In this document: positions 26,559 to 34,613 of the stretch, piece after piece | Layout: each line of letters starts with the position of its first letter | Position numbering within the stretch: position 1 is the stretch's first letter | IMG/VR virus record: IMGVR_UViG_2623620416_000002 | Span: 41,253 to 105,252 of that record | Direction: 5' to 3' (one strand) | Origin: a virus | Lineage: Duplodnaviria; Heunggongvirae; Uroviricota; Caudoviricetes | Length of the DNA stretch: 64,000 nt | Program-made: the position numbers and the translations under genes | Notes under the pieces: model-generated | What the model was told of the DNA's origin: nothing | Database searches by the model: none | The model's input: the letters and a program-made list of their open reading frames with translations, nothing else

Positions 26559-28049
26559 TTATTTAATATGGGCCTGAATACGAGCTCTAATATCAGAGAA
26601 ATTTTCATCAATAAGAAGTGTTCCATTGCGGAAAACCTCACGAAGCATATCGCCTTTAATAACATCATCAAGGCTTAATCCATCACGAACCATATAGCTA
26701 TCACCATCTTTAAGAACCGCAACGCGACCCTTTTGAGACTTCTTAGTTCCATCATCAGTCTTAGGATTCTTAAATATTTGCTTCTCAATACCATCGATAA
26801 CACATAGCGTTGATTTAAGAGCGTATCCAAAAGTATCACGAGTGTTGTATTGATAAGTATAAGATCCAATACCAAATACTACATTAGTTGAAGCAAAGCC
26901 TTTAGCTTCCAATCGACTCATGATCTCTTCAGCTCGTTTAAGAGTGATAGCATCGCCATAGATCAATCCAATATGAGAGTCCAATACTTTGTATCCAGTT
27001 GCACTCTCTGTTCCTCCAAAGATCTCATAGAGACATTCGATTGCACCCTTATATTCTGGTGTTCCAACTGGAGCAGAAGGATCACCGCATACGATTAGTA
27101 CAGGATCACCAGAGTCAGGGCGAATAACAACCTTATCGCCAACTGGTCCACCTTTTCTAGCTATGATCTCTTTCTTCAATGAAGGAATAACACGTGTTAT
27201 AACATCCCAGAAATCATAACCATCAGAAACAATTGATACGATTCCTGAAGGATGAACCTCTGAAAGCATTCGCTTAAGATACTTGGCATCATCGCCGTAT
27301 GCGCACTGAATTGAGTGCTCAGTAGCTGGAACAGAAGTTCCAACAAGTTCTTTCTCAACGTTTGCATTATAGTAGTATTCAGCTGCAGAGATAGCAGGGA
27401 TGGTATCAGTTCCAGCAAAGCCAGCAACTAAGTGACCCATACCGCTCAAGATAGCTGAACGAAGGCTAGACATGCCACGCATAGAGAAGTCATGACCTTG
27501 AAAGATCGTAAATGCAACTGCTTCAGGGTGAGTAGCTAATGCAAATTCATCCATCATGCGCTTATACTCAATAGCAAGAGTTGCAGATGTAGATGGTTGC
27601 CACAACTCACACGAAGCCAAAGACTCAATGAAGTTTGTTAACCAGAAGAAGCGTGGATCTGTGTTTTGAATGGTAAGGGTAGGAACGCGAGTTGGAACAA
27701 TAGTTCCTTCAGGAAGAGCTTTGATTGATAAAGGTAAGTAGCCAAGATCATGAAGATCTTCTAAGTGTTTTGTCTCAGGATTTGGATCACCTAATGTAGC
27801 TTTGATCAATCGCTTATATTCAGCGATGACATCAGCTTTAGGGCGATTAAAGAAGTGCTCTTGGAATACATCCAAAAGATATTCTTTGATAAATGCTTGT
27901 GTGCCGAAGGCAACCACATTATCAACACCTTTTATTCTGCTTGTTCTTGGGGTCCACGTAGAGTAGACAACTTCGGTTCCCTCTGGATACATTGCGCGAT
28001 GGGCAATTTTATAGAAATCACAAAGGGTGGGTACGATCACTTGTTTCAT
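26559..28049 (-). CDS. nadV: nicotinamide phosphoribosyltransferase (NAMPT/NadV) homologue; alternatively a Namat-type NAD+ reconstitution enzyme
   Basis: 496 aa; N-terminus VPTLCDFYKIAHRAMYP (NAMPT LNTDSYKVTHY block) and NAPRTase-family length and composition. Confidence 0.75.
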   Translation of the reverse strand: MKQVIVPTLCDFYKIAHRAMYPEGTEVVYSTWTPRTSRIKGVDNVVAFGTQAFIKEYLLDVFQEHFFNRPKADVIAEYKRLIKATLGDPNPETKHLEDLHDLGYLPLSIKALPEGTIVPTRVPTLTIQNTDPRFFWLTNFIESLASCELWQPSTSATLAIEYKRMMDEFALATHPEAVAFTIFQGHDFSMRGMSSLRSAILSGMGHLVAGFAGTDTIPAISAAEYYYNANVEKELVGTSVPATEHSIQCAYGDDAKYLKRMLSEVHPSGIVSIVSDGYDFWDVITRVIPSLKKEIIARKGGPVGDKVVIRPDSGDPVLIVCGDPSAPVGTPEYKGAIECLYEIFGGTESATGYKVLDSHIGLIYGDAITLKRAEEIMSRLEAKGFASTNVVFGIGSYTYQYNTRDTFGYALKSTLCVIDGIEKQIFKNPKTDDGTKKSQKGRVAVLKDGDSYMVRDGLSLDDVIKGDMLREVFRNGTLLIDENFSDIRARIQAHIK

Positions 28050-28116
28050 AGCATAATCTCCTATGCATGTTTATGTTGCGCCCTAATATCCAAAGAGGGC
28101 GTTGTTTATATTATAC

Positions 28117-28398
28117 TTAATCTTTTCGTAAGTTCTTGGCTTCTGTTGTAATATAGTTAACAGTAACGTTAGGGCAAGTTACATCATACAGAGTTACTGT
28201 ATCGTTATTATAGTCCATATCTAAATACTGAGTCGCAACTCCACTACAGCCCTTATAAAAGCCAGTTTTTACATGATAAATTTGTCCAATACTAATGCCT
28301 AGTGATTCAGCAGAATCTGAATTGCGACCAGGGATGCGATCAGAGTTACCTGTACAACTGATAAGAAAGCCTACAAATACAATAGCTATTAATCTCAC
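28117..28398 (-). CDS. small lipoprotein
   Basis: Signal peptide plus lipobox FLISC-TGNS. Confidence 0.45.
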   Translation of the reverse strand: MRLIAIVFVGFLISCTGNSDRIPGRNSDSAESLGISIGQIYHVKTGFYKGCSGVATQYLDMDYNNDTVTLYDVTCPNVTVNYITTEAKNLRKD

Positions 28399-28610
28399 TT
28401 TGCCTCCTTATAAGTGCAAACATTTTTAACCATAATTTGCCAGCATGCTTGTTTATTACTTAAAGCTTCTTTAGAACATTCATTAACAAGCTTTTCTAAA
28501 CTTTGAAGTTGCTCTTGATTGCAATAATAATTACTGCTATTTTCACGGCCGCAACCAACTAATACTAAACTTAAAAGTATGAAATATTTCATTTTGCCTC
28601 CGGATCGCAC
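28395..28610 (-). CDS. small lipoprotein, Cys-rich
   Basis: Lipobox LVGC-GRENSS. Confidence 0.4.
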   Translation of the reverse strand: MRSGGKMKYFILLSLVLVGCGRENSSNYYCNQEQLQSLEKLVNECSKEALSNKQACWQIMVKNVCTYKEAK

Positions 28611-29092
28611 ACAATCCAGTTAATTCTTTTAAAGTCTTTGAGAACTGTTTTAAGGATCAATTCGGAATCTTGCCATGGGACATTGAATAAGCCTGAGTTG
28701 AATTTATTAGAATAAACATTGATTGTTTCATGTTCATCTTTTGGATGGGCCATATAGATTTTCTTACATAGCTCCATTAAAGCCATTGTGGTATGTATTT
28801 TAATTAACTCAGGTGAATCTTTTAATTCACCATAATTGTGCGAAGTAACAATCCATCCAACCCAGTGAGCCTCAGATGTATGGAATGTGGATAAAGAAGC
28901 TCTACCGCAAGCAGAACCTCTAGATTTATTAGCATTAATGCAAAAGCTATTGTAGTCAATAAAGCTAAACGGATACTTTTCCTTAAACGGTTTAGCAATA
29001 CCAGAACCCCAAACACCCTGAGAATTACAGGCATGAATTATTACTGATTCAGCTGGAGCATCAAATAAAGATATGTTTTGATAACTTATCAC
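28589..29092 (-). CDS. macro-domain protein (ADP-ribose binding/processing)
   Basis: VIIHACNSQGVWGSGIAKPF matches the macro-domain core (IVNAANxxLxGGGGV). Confidence 0.55.
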   Translation of the reverse strand: MISYQNISLFDAPAESVIIHACNSQGVWGSGIAKPFKEKYPFSFIDYNSFCINANKSRGSACGRASLSTFHTSEAHWVGWIVTSHNYGELKDSPELIKIHTTMALMELCKKIYMAHPKDEHETINVYSNKFNSGLFNVPWQDSELILKTVLKDFKRINWIVCDPEAK

Positions 29093-29307
29093 TTAAGCTC
29101 CTTTAATATTTGTTTTAATACTTTTACTTTAGCTAAGTTTTCAATATCGTCTTCTAATTCGTCTTTACCTCTGTCATAGTTCATAAAACATTCATCTATG
29201 TAGAATTGAATAGCTTCTTTTAGAAGTTTTGTTTTATTTATTTTTGTTTGACATTGAATAGATTTGCCATTAAACTTTTTAATTGTTACTTTTACTTTTA
29301 CTACCAT
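29089..29307 (-). CDS. hypothetical small protein (72 aa)
   Basis: ORF coupled between the macro and Prs-like genes. Confidence 0.35.
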   Translation of the reverse strand: MVVKVKVTIKKFNGKSIQCQTKINKTKLLKEAIQFYIDECFMNYDRGKDELEDDIENLAKVKVLKQILKELK

Positions 29308-30107
29308 ATTTTAAAACCCTCAGGATTACGTAGTAGACTATTAGTTGTGTATACATTTTTGATGCCAGCATCATGAAGAACTTGTCTGCCTTTGCTAAAT
29401 AATCCATGGCTCACTACTAAGTTTATCTCTTTAGTCTTAAACTCTCTTAAATATTCTGCAACCTTAATGAAGGTCATTCCGCCATCGCAAATGTCATCTA
29501 CGATTAATAGATTTTCGTCACGTAAATTTAAACCTTGTGGATTTATCATTTTAATGCCAGTGATAACACCTGTTAATTGATCTCTAACTTTTTCAAAATA
29601 AATGTAAGGCATATAGCTTAGGTTTTTATATCGCTCAGCAGCACCTTTATCTGGAAAGCAAACTATGCTTGCTTTAGATACATCTAAAATATGCTCATGA
29701 AATTCAGTTACTTTAGGAAGCCCAGTGAATGCATCTTCGTATACCATAGAGGTTTTAGAGTGGGCATCAAATGTTTCAATGCGAGTGATATTTGCATTGT
29801 GCATAATCTCTTTAAATACATGTAAGGCAAATGATAACTTATTATCAAGAGCTTTATCTTGGCGGCCATAAGGTAAGTAAGGAACTCTTAGCGTGCATGT
29901 GTCTGCATTAAGAACTCTTTGAACTAGCATAGCGAGCTGAACTACATGCATCACTTCAGCTTCAGATTCAAACAGCCACAAGATTACAGGGTCATCGCCG
30001 TATGTATCATATACAACGTCTTCTAACTTCCAAACTTGAGAAGTACCATCGGGGAAAATTGTAGTCTCAAATTTAACTTCATTTCCATTAACTAAAAGTT
30101 TTACCAT
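29301..30107 (-). CDS. ribose-phosphate pyrophosphokinase (PRPP synthetase) family protein, short form (268 aa); possibly an ADP-ribose pyrophosphokinase (Adps)-type enzyme
   Basis: Prs motifs YLPYGRQDK (Prs YxRQDRK) and LLIVDDICDGGMT (PRPP-binding loop). Confidence 0.65.
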   Translation of the reverse strand: MVKLLVNGNEVKFETTIFPDGTSQVWKLEDVVYDTYGDDPVILWLFESEAEVMHVVQLAMLVQRVLNADTCTLRVPYLPYGRQDKALDNKLSFALHVFKEIMHNANITRIETFDAHSKTSMVYEDAFTGLPKVTEFHEHILDVSKASIVCFPDKGAAERYKNLSYMPYIYFEKVRDQLTGVITGIKMINPQGLNLRDENLLIVDDICDGGMTFIKVAEYLREFKTKEINLVVSHGLFSKGRQVLHDAGIKNVYTTNSLLRNPEGFKIW

Positions 30108-30298
30108 ATACCACTTCCATAAAGTAAGTAAAGAAAAAATAATATAGAGAAAGGACCTAGTGCGATAGAGAAGATAAAGCCACGCAGATAGCCCCAGAAA
30201 CTAGACTTATCAAACTTTGGTAGCTGATCTAATATGTAGCGAATTCTTAATAAAAGATACCAACCGATTAAGCCTAATACAACCCAAATGATTACCAT
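30101..30298 (-). CDS. small membrane protein (65 aa)
   Basis: Two hydrophobic helices. Confidence 0.3.
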   Translation of the reverse strand: MVIIWVVLGLIGWYLLLRIRYILDQLPKFDKSSFWGYLRGFIFSIALGPFSILFFLYLLYGSGIW

Positions 30299-30825
30299 GC
30301 TTGCGACCTTTCAGAGGGGTCGTTATTACCGTATCCCATTAGGAAATCTAAGTGACGCCACATAGCATCATGTGTTCCTGATTTATATAGCTTTTCTCTA
30401 AAGCCATCATATTCTTTAGCATACATTTTAATCTTGCCACCATCTCTTAAATCAATGCTGGCTTCTGTGTTTGCAATTCTATCTGCAAGCTTTAAAGTAA
30501 TAGCGTCATCAGACGCTTGAATTTTAGGGTAAGTTTTTTCATGTCGCTCTTTGCGATTTTTGCCTGGCTCATTTGTAACCCTTTGAACTAGATCAAGGGT
30601 GCGACGACCAAATGTAGCTTCAATGGCTAGTGGAGTTAATTCAGTATCTTCAAGAGAGTCATGCAACCAGCCAGCACATAACATATCTTTATCTGTAATT
30701 CCAAAACGAATAAGCACTGCAACTACATCTCCAAGATGTTTAATATAAGGAAATGTTCCATATTTTTGTTCTTTATGGGCCATTGAAGCTATAGCTTCAG
30801 CGGCTTGCAGTGCTTGCATATCCAT
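30292..30825 (-). CDS. HD-domain phosphohydrolase, RelA/SpoT-hydrolase (small alarmone hydrolase, Mesh1-like) type
   Basis: AHKEQKYGTFPYIKHLGDVVAVL…AGWLHDSLEDT…FGRRTLDLVQRVTN parallels the RSH hydrolase domain. Confidence 0.6.
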   Translation of the reverse strand: MDMQALQAAEAIASMAHKEQKYGTFPYIKHLGDVVAVLIRFGITDKDMLCAGWLHDSLEDTELTPLAIEATFGRRTLDLVQRVTNEPGKNRKERHEKTYPKIQASDDAITLKLADRIANTEASIDLRDGGKIKMYAKEYDGFREKLYKSGTHDAMWRHLDFLMGYGNNDPSERSQAW

Positions 30826-30941
30826 ATTATTTGTCGTCTTTTTTAGTGTTTTCTTTGATTAGCTTTACGCCAATACCAAGGATCAAAGAAGCAACTGCAA
30901 TGATTAAAAGACCAATGCCTAAGCTTACTAATACGCCCATA

Positions 30942-31325
30942 TTATTCCTCCGTTACAAGTTTTTGTTCAGTTACAATTTTATATTTCACATCTACCATAC
31001 ATCGATAGATATACCCATCTTTACAATCAGAAAAAGTCATGCCGCAAGCAATGTCATCGTCATTGCGATCGTAACATACTGTGTTACCGCTTTTAGTGCT
31101 TATATGATAAGCAAAAACTTCTTCATATTGAGGGCCTGATGGTTCTTGGGGTTCAGAGACATTAGAAGAGCTACTTCCAGAATCTCTATAAACAGAAAGT
31201 TGATTTTGACAAGTTTCAAGTTGTTCAGTGGTAAACCTAAGATCATGTTTAGCTGTACGCAACTCAGATGAGTTATCATTACAACCAGCAAGCAATAAAG
31301 TTAAAGCAAGAATTGTATATTTCAT
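30942..31325 (-). CDS. lipoprotein (127 aa) with Cys-rich C-terminal domain
   Basis: Lipobox LLAGC-NDNSS. Confidence 0.45.
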   Translation of the reverse strand: MKYTILALTLLLAGCNDNSSELRTAKHDLRFTTEQLETCQNQLSVYRDSGSSSSNVSEPQEPSGPQYEEVFAYHISTKSGNTVCYDRNDDDIACGMTFSDCKDGYIYRCMVDVKYKIVTEQKLVTEE

Positions 31326-31391
31326 GTGCTCTCCTAACTAGAAAAGGGACCTAGCTTTCGCTAGATCCCTATTGGAACCGATAAGATTATC

Positions 31392-32588
31392 TTATTTTTC
31401 TTTATTCATGCGCTCATTGATTCGCATGAAAGACTCAAGACCTACAGCGTCAAAAGGATTTGTTGATCCGCCTTTAGAATCACCACCAATGATTAACATG
31501 CCAGGAAATTGTACTTTAGCTAATTCAGCAGCAACACCAATTTTTGTTTCTTTATCAATTGTTGCGCGTTCAAGAGGTGTAAGACCAGCAGACACTTTCA
31601 ATCGATTGATCTCAGCAAGTGCTTTACCTTTTACGATATCTGCAGCAGCTTCCTCTTTAGCTTTTTGAGCGTTCAATTTAGCAACTTCAAATTCTTTTTG
31701 AGCGATAGTTACTTCTTTGATTTTCTCAACATCTTGATTAGCTTTTTCAGTAGCAATTCGCGCATTACCTTGTTCACGAGCAGTAATTGCATCCTGTTTA
31801 GCTCGCTCAGCGTTAGCTTGGGCAACAACTTTTTGTTGTTCAGCTTCTTTCTTTTTAGAGATTAAGGCATCAATAGTTTGATCAAAGTCGATATCTTTAA
31901 TAACAAACTGAATGATTTCAATACCATATTGTTTTAATGGAGAGTCTTTTCTAACAATAGGAAGACCTTTATCATTTCTGCTAATATTTACTTCTGCAAC
32001 AATAAACTCATTACCGTCTGCATCTTTTTCTTTAACACGTTTAGATACGGTTTCAAAGATACCTTCGACAATTTGGCTTTCAGCAAAGTCAGTAAATTCA
32101 GACCTACGAGTAGAGTAGGAATCTTCAGCGCGCATTAGAGGTGCAGTTTGCATAAGAGCCTCTGTAACCACTTGTCGCATTAAGTCGTGTTTAATGGCTT
32201 CAAAGTTCTTAAAATCTCGGTGTAAAGCTAATCGTTTTTCAGGATCTTGAGGTAATCGAAACTTCACCATTCCTGAGATTTCTGCCGTACCACCATCGTT
32301 AAACCTTACCTTAATTGCTTCCGCATTACTTTGATCTCCTCGGCTATCGCCTTCAGTCTTGCTGAAGTAATAAACGTCTGAGATTTGATAAGTCGTGATG
32401 TTTGCAAACATCTGCATGTATGTTCCAGGATCCGCTATAACAGTCATGCTACCTGTTACTGACGCTTGTTTGATCTGATAATAGCCAGCATTATTTGTCT
32501 CCAAAATCTGCTTGCCCACTGTAGCTAGTGTGATTACCAAGATCAGGGCGACTACTGCACCACCGATCAACTTAATACGATTGTCCAT
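31392..32588 (-). CDS. SPFH/band-7 (HflK/C, YqiK-like) membrane protein
   Basis: N-terminal TM, band-7 core, long C-terminal E/A/K/Q-rich coiled coil. Confidence 0.65.
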   Translation of the reverse strand: MDNRIKLIGGAVVALILVITLATVGKQILETNNAGYYQIKQASVTGSMTVIADPGTYMQMFANITTYQISDVYYFSKTEGDSRGDQSNAEAIKVRFNDGGTAEISGMVKFRLPQDPEKRLALHRDFKNFEAIKHDLMRQVVTEALMQTAPLMRAEDSYSTRRSEFTDFAESQIVEGIFETVSKRVKEKDADGNEFIVAEVNISRNDKGLPIVRKDSPLKQYGIEIIQFVIKDIDFDQTIDALISKKKEAEQQKVVAQANAERAKQDAITAREQGNARIATEKANQDVEKIKEVTIAQKEFEVAKLNAQKAKEEAAADIVKGKALAEINRLKVSAGLTPLERATIDKETKIGVAAELAKVQFPGMLIIGGDSKGGSTNPFDAVGLESFMRINERMNKEK

Positions 32589-32647
32589 TAAAACTCCTTT
32601 GTTTTGTTATAGAACTGTTTGTTTTATTTCAAATCAGATACTTTGTA

Positions 32648-32845
32648 CTATTTGCATTTAGCAATGCTGTAATTGCCAAATTGGTCGGCTGTGTACTTTA
32701 CAGTGGCACCAGATGTAAATTGTAAGTATACAACTCCATCGATACATATTTCAGATGCATTGCCAGTAAGTCTAGCCATAAATCTATCGACGCCACCGCA
32801 ACCAGATAAAGCTGTAACAGCTAATACTAAAACTAAAAACTTCAT
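32648..32845 (-). CDS. small lipoprotein (65 aa)
   Basis: Lipobox ALSGC-GG. Confidence 0.4.
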   Translation of the reverse strand: MKFLVLVLAVTALSGCGGVDRFMARLTGNASEICIDGVVYLQFTSGATVKYTADQFGNYSIAKCK

Positions 32846-32963
32846 ATTTTCTCCTTTGTTATTTCAAAATGTTTAATAAGTGCAGATAAAAACTCAGTAA
32901 GCTCTGGAGCTCGCCAAGCGTGCTCTACGTAAGTGTGAGCATTATGCGAATAATGATAATGGT

Positions 32964-33254
32964 TTAATTTAAGATTTGCTTTTCAAAGACAAAGTCCATA
33001 TAAGCTCTATCTATTGTGTCATTGTGGTGATCCTCAGGTGGATCAAAGAACTTACGTAATTCATGCTTATATTGTCTACAAATACAACCATTTCCTCTAT
33101 TATGAATAGTTATTTCTTGTAAACCTCTATAAGCCATCATTTTCTCAAAATCAAACTCCCAGTTATTTATCATAATCATGTGTTTTATTTGTTTCAGAAA
33201 TGGAGTCCCACCGCAGTAATTCTCTGCGTTTCCTGGGTTTGCAATCCAGTACAT
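32964..33254 (-). CDS. hypothetical protein (track start inside tRNA-Ser trimmed to MYWIANPG)
   Basis: ORF. Confidence 0.35.
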   Translation of the reverse strand: MYWIANPGNAENYCGGTPFLKQIKHMIMINNWEFDFEKMMAYRGLQEITIHNRGNGCICRQYKHELRKFFDPPEDHHNDTIDRAYMDFVFEKQILN

Positions 33255-33277
33255 TAATTTTATGTTAGAGGGACAAG

Positions 33278-33365
33278 TGGAGGAAAGCAACGGACTCGAA
33301 CCGTAGACCCCGAAGAGTCCGAAGTGTTTAGCAAACACCCTCCGCTCCTAGCGGATTTACTTTCC
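33278..33365 (-). tRNA. tRNA-Ser (GCT), type II (88 nt)
   Basis: Acceptor GGAAAGT/GCTTTCC; anticodon arm GGTGT-TTGCTAA-ACACT; long variable arm; T-loop TTCGAGT. Confidence 0.55.
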
Positions 33366-33366
33366 A

Positions 33367-33436
33367 TGGTAGTTCCATGAGGAGTCGAACCTCGTTAGCC
33401 AGATTAGAAGTCCGGCGACCGTCCATCGGTGGAACT
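33367..33436 (-). tRNA. tRNA-Arg (TCT)
   Basis: Perfect acceptor AGTTCCA/TGGAACT; anticodon arm CCGGA-CTTCTAA-TCTGG; T-arm CGAGG-TTCGACT-CCTC. Confidence 0.5.
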
Positions 33437-33440
33437 GAAG

Positions 33441-33517
33441 TGGTGCTCGACCTCGGATTCGAACCGAGACTTGACCGATTTTAAGCCGGTTGCCTCTGCC
33501 AGTTGGGCTAGTCGAGC
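33441..33517 (-). tRNA. tRNA, class-I length, anticodon TAA (Leu-type anticodon), A73
   Basis: Perfect acceptor GCTCGAC/GTCGAGC; anticodon arm ACCGG-CTTAAAA-TCGGT; T-arm CTCGG-TTCGAAT-CCGAG. Confidence 0.5.
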
Positions 33518-33519
33518 AT

Positions 33520-33608
33520 TGGTGTATGTTGAAGGAGTTGAACCATTCGTCGCCCGCTCGTTTGTTTAATGACCTCTGTTTTACAGACAGATAACGAGAA
33601 CAACATAC
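33520..33608 (-). tRNA. tRNA-Tyr (GTA), type II, with degenerate T-stem
   Basis: Perfect acceptor GTATGTT/AACATAC; anticodon arm TCTGT-CTGTAAA-ACAGA; long variable region. Confidence 0.45.
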
Positions 33609-33610
33609 GT

Positions 33611-33703
33611 TGGAGGAAGGCTAGAGAATCGAACTCTCGACGTGGTCTTAGCACGTCGCGCTAGTTTTCAAGACTAGTTGCACACCATTGCGCCGAACCT
33701 TCC
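33611..33703 (-). tRNA. tRNA-Ser (TGA), type II (93 nt)
   Basis: Acceptor GGAAGGT/GCCTTCC; anticodon arm CTAGT-CTTGAAA-ACTAG; T-loop TTCGATT. Confidence 0.55.
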
Positions 33704-33728
33704 AATTTGTTTTTGATTTAATAAAGGA

Positions 33729-33742
33729 GCTAAGAGTGGGTC
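33729..33742. repeat. left arm of a perfect 14-bp inverted repeat (GCTAAGAGTGGGTC)
   Basis: Exact reverse complement of 34127–34140. Confidence 0.7.
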
Positions 33743-34126
33743 TATAAGCGGCGTTCTGTTCTTGCACTATCATTCGTCTTGTTTGTAAGTTGCCTTACAA
33801 ATCTTTGCCCATAACCCGATGACTAGGCGAGTAGCCTCATTGTCATCCTATTTACAGTTGCTGCGCGTACGCTGTCGCCCGTTTCACCCGTTATCACTAA
33901 CTATCCAGCAGCGTTTCCGGATTATCAGTCCGGTGCTTTCCTACTCTTAGCCGCTTCTGGCGCCGCAATTTGAAGTTGCCCTCAAATTACCCCATGCTGC
34001 GTTTATAACGATTCGTCTCTGTTGCCGTCGCTCACCTCGCGGTGGAAGGGAATTACCCTCTACGCTTACTCTATGCAGCCCCGACTTTCCTCACTCACCG
34101 TATTGCACGGATATGCGCGATAGTCC

Positions 34127-34140
34127 GACCCACTCTTAGC
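34127..34140. repeat. right arm of the 14-bp inverted repeat (GACCCACTCTTAGC)
   Basis: See the left arm. Confidence 0.7.
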
Positions 34141-34185
34141 GAAATTATTATACTTTCAGATCTCCTTCATTAATTTGTTTAAAGT

Positions 34186-34261
34186 TGGTGCAACCTCTCA
34201 GAATCGAACTTACTTTACCTGTGCTTCAAACAGGAGTCATGACCACATCTACGAAAGTTGC
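34186..34261 (-). tRNA. tRNA-Phe (GAA), weak T-stem
   Basis: Acceptor GCAACTT/AGGTTGC; anticodon arm CCTGT-TTGAAGC-ACAGG; T-loop TTCGATT; ACCA. Confidence 0.45.
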
Positions 34262-34593
34262 ATATCTAATTTTTCGTGTTCTTCAGCGTGACAATTAGCA
34301 CAAAGTAAAACACATTTATCTAATTCTTCTTTAAGTTTATGCCATGCCCTGGTTTCACCCTTACCACCTATGCCAAACTCTTTTTGAGCAGGATCTAGAT
34401 GATGAAATTGTAAAGCATTCATCGACTTATCGTAACCACAACGGCTACACTTACTTCCTTTATATTCAACTGCTTTTAACTTTAATCGTTTTCTAGCTAG
34501 CTGAGTGTTATTATTGTTTCTACATCTGATAGAGCAAAATTTCTCTTGCGCTCCAGTTAACTCATTACTACAATGTTTATATGTACATTTCAT
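34249..34593 (-). CDS. HNH endonuclease (third paralogue)
   Basis: CSRCGYDKSMNALQFHHLDP…CVLLCANCHAEEH. Confidence 0.6.
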   Translation of the reverse strand: MKCTYKHCSNELTGAQEKFCSIRCRNNNNTQLARKRLKLKAVEYKGSKCSRCGYDKSMNALQFHHLDPAQKEFGIGGKGETRAWHKLKEELDKCVLLCANCHAEEHEKLDMQLS

Positions 34594-34613
34594 GTTATTT
34601 TTATACGAAAGTA

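Larger units (their letters stand above)
33729..34140. other. ~410-bp ORF-free, GC-enriched, hairpin-dense element bounded by a 14-bp inverted repeat; candidate structured ncRNA or MITE-like element
   Basis: No ORF ≥60 aa in any frame across 33339–34249; internal hairpins (GTAAG-TTGC-CTTAC; GATGAC…GTCATC with a nested AGGC/GCCT stem; CCGGA-TTATCAG-TCCGG; AATTTGA-AGTTGCCC-TCAAATT; CACC-TCGC-GGTG; AGGG-AATTA-CCCT); wedged between tRNA-Ser and tRNA-Phe. Confidence 0.5.

Noticed and set aside
28050-28116. Terminator hairpin GCGCCCT…AGGGCG between the lipoprotein and NAMPT genes
   Set aside because: The T-rich tail is on the + strand whereas all surrounding genes are on the − strand; on the − strand it has no U-tract. 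It is more likely a processing site or incidental structure.
33727-34083. tmRNA (ssrA) on the − strand: a 5' GGGGCUG (34083→34077) and a 3' UAGCUCC (RC of 33727–33733) could form a 7-bp acceptor-like stem with a G3•U70 pair, 357 nt apart, which is tmRNA-sized
   Set aside because: No T-arm (GGTTCGANTCC-like) precedes the 3' strand, no CCA, and no convincing resume-codon/tag ORF ending in a hydrophobic …AA-stop. The 3' heptamer overlaps the 14-bp inverted repeat, so the match is probably coincidental. Left as something an Infernal tmRNA model could test.
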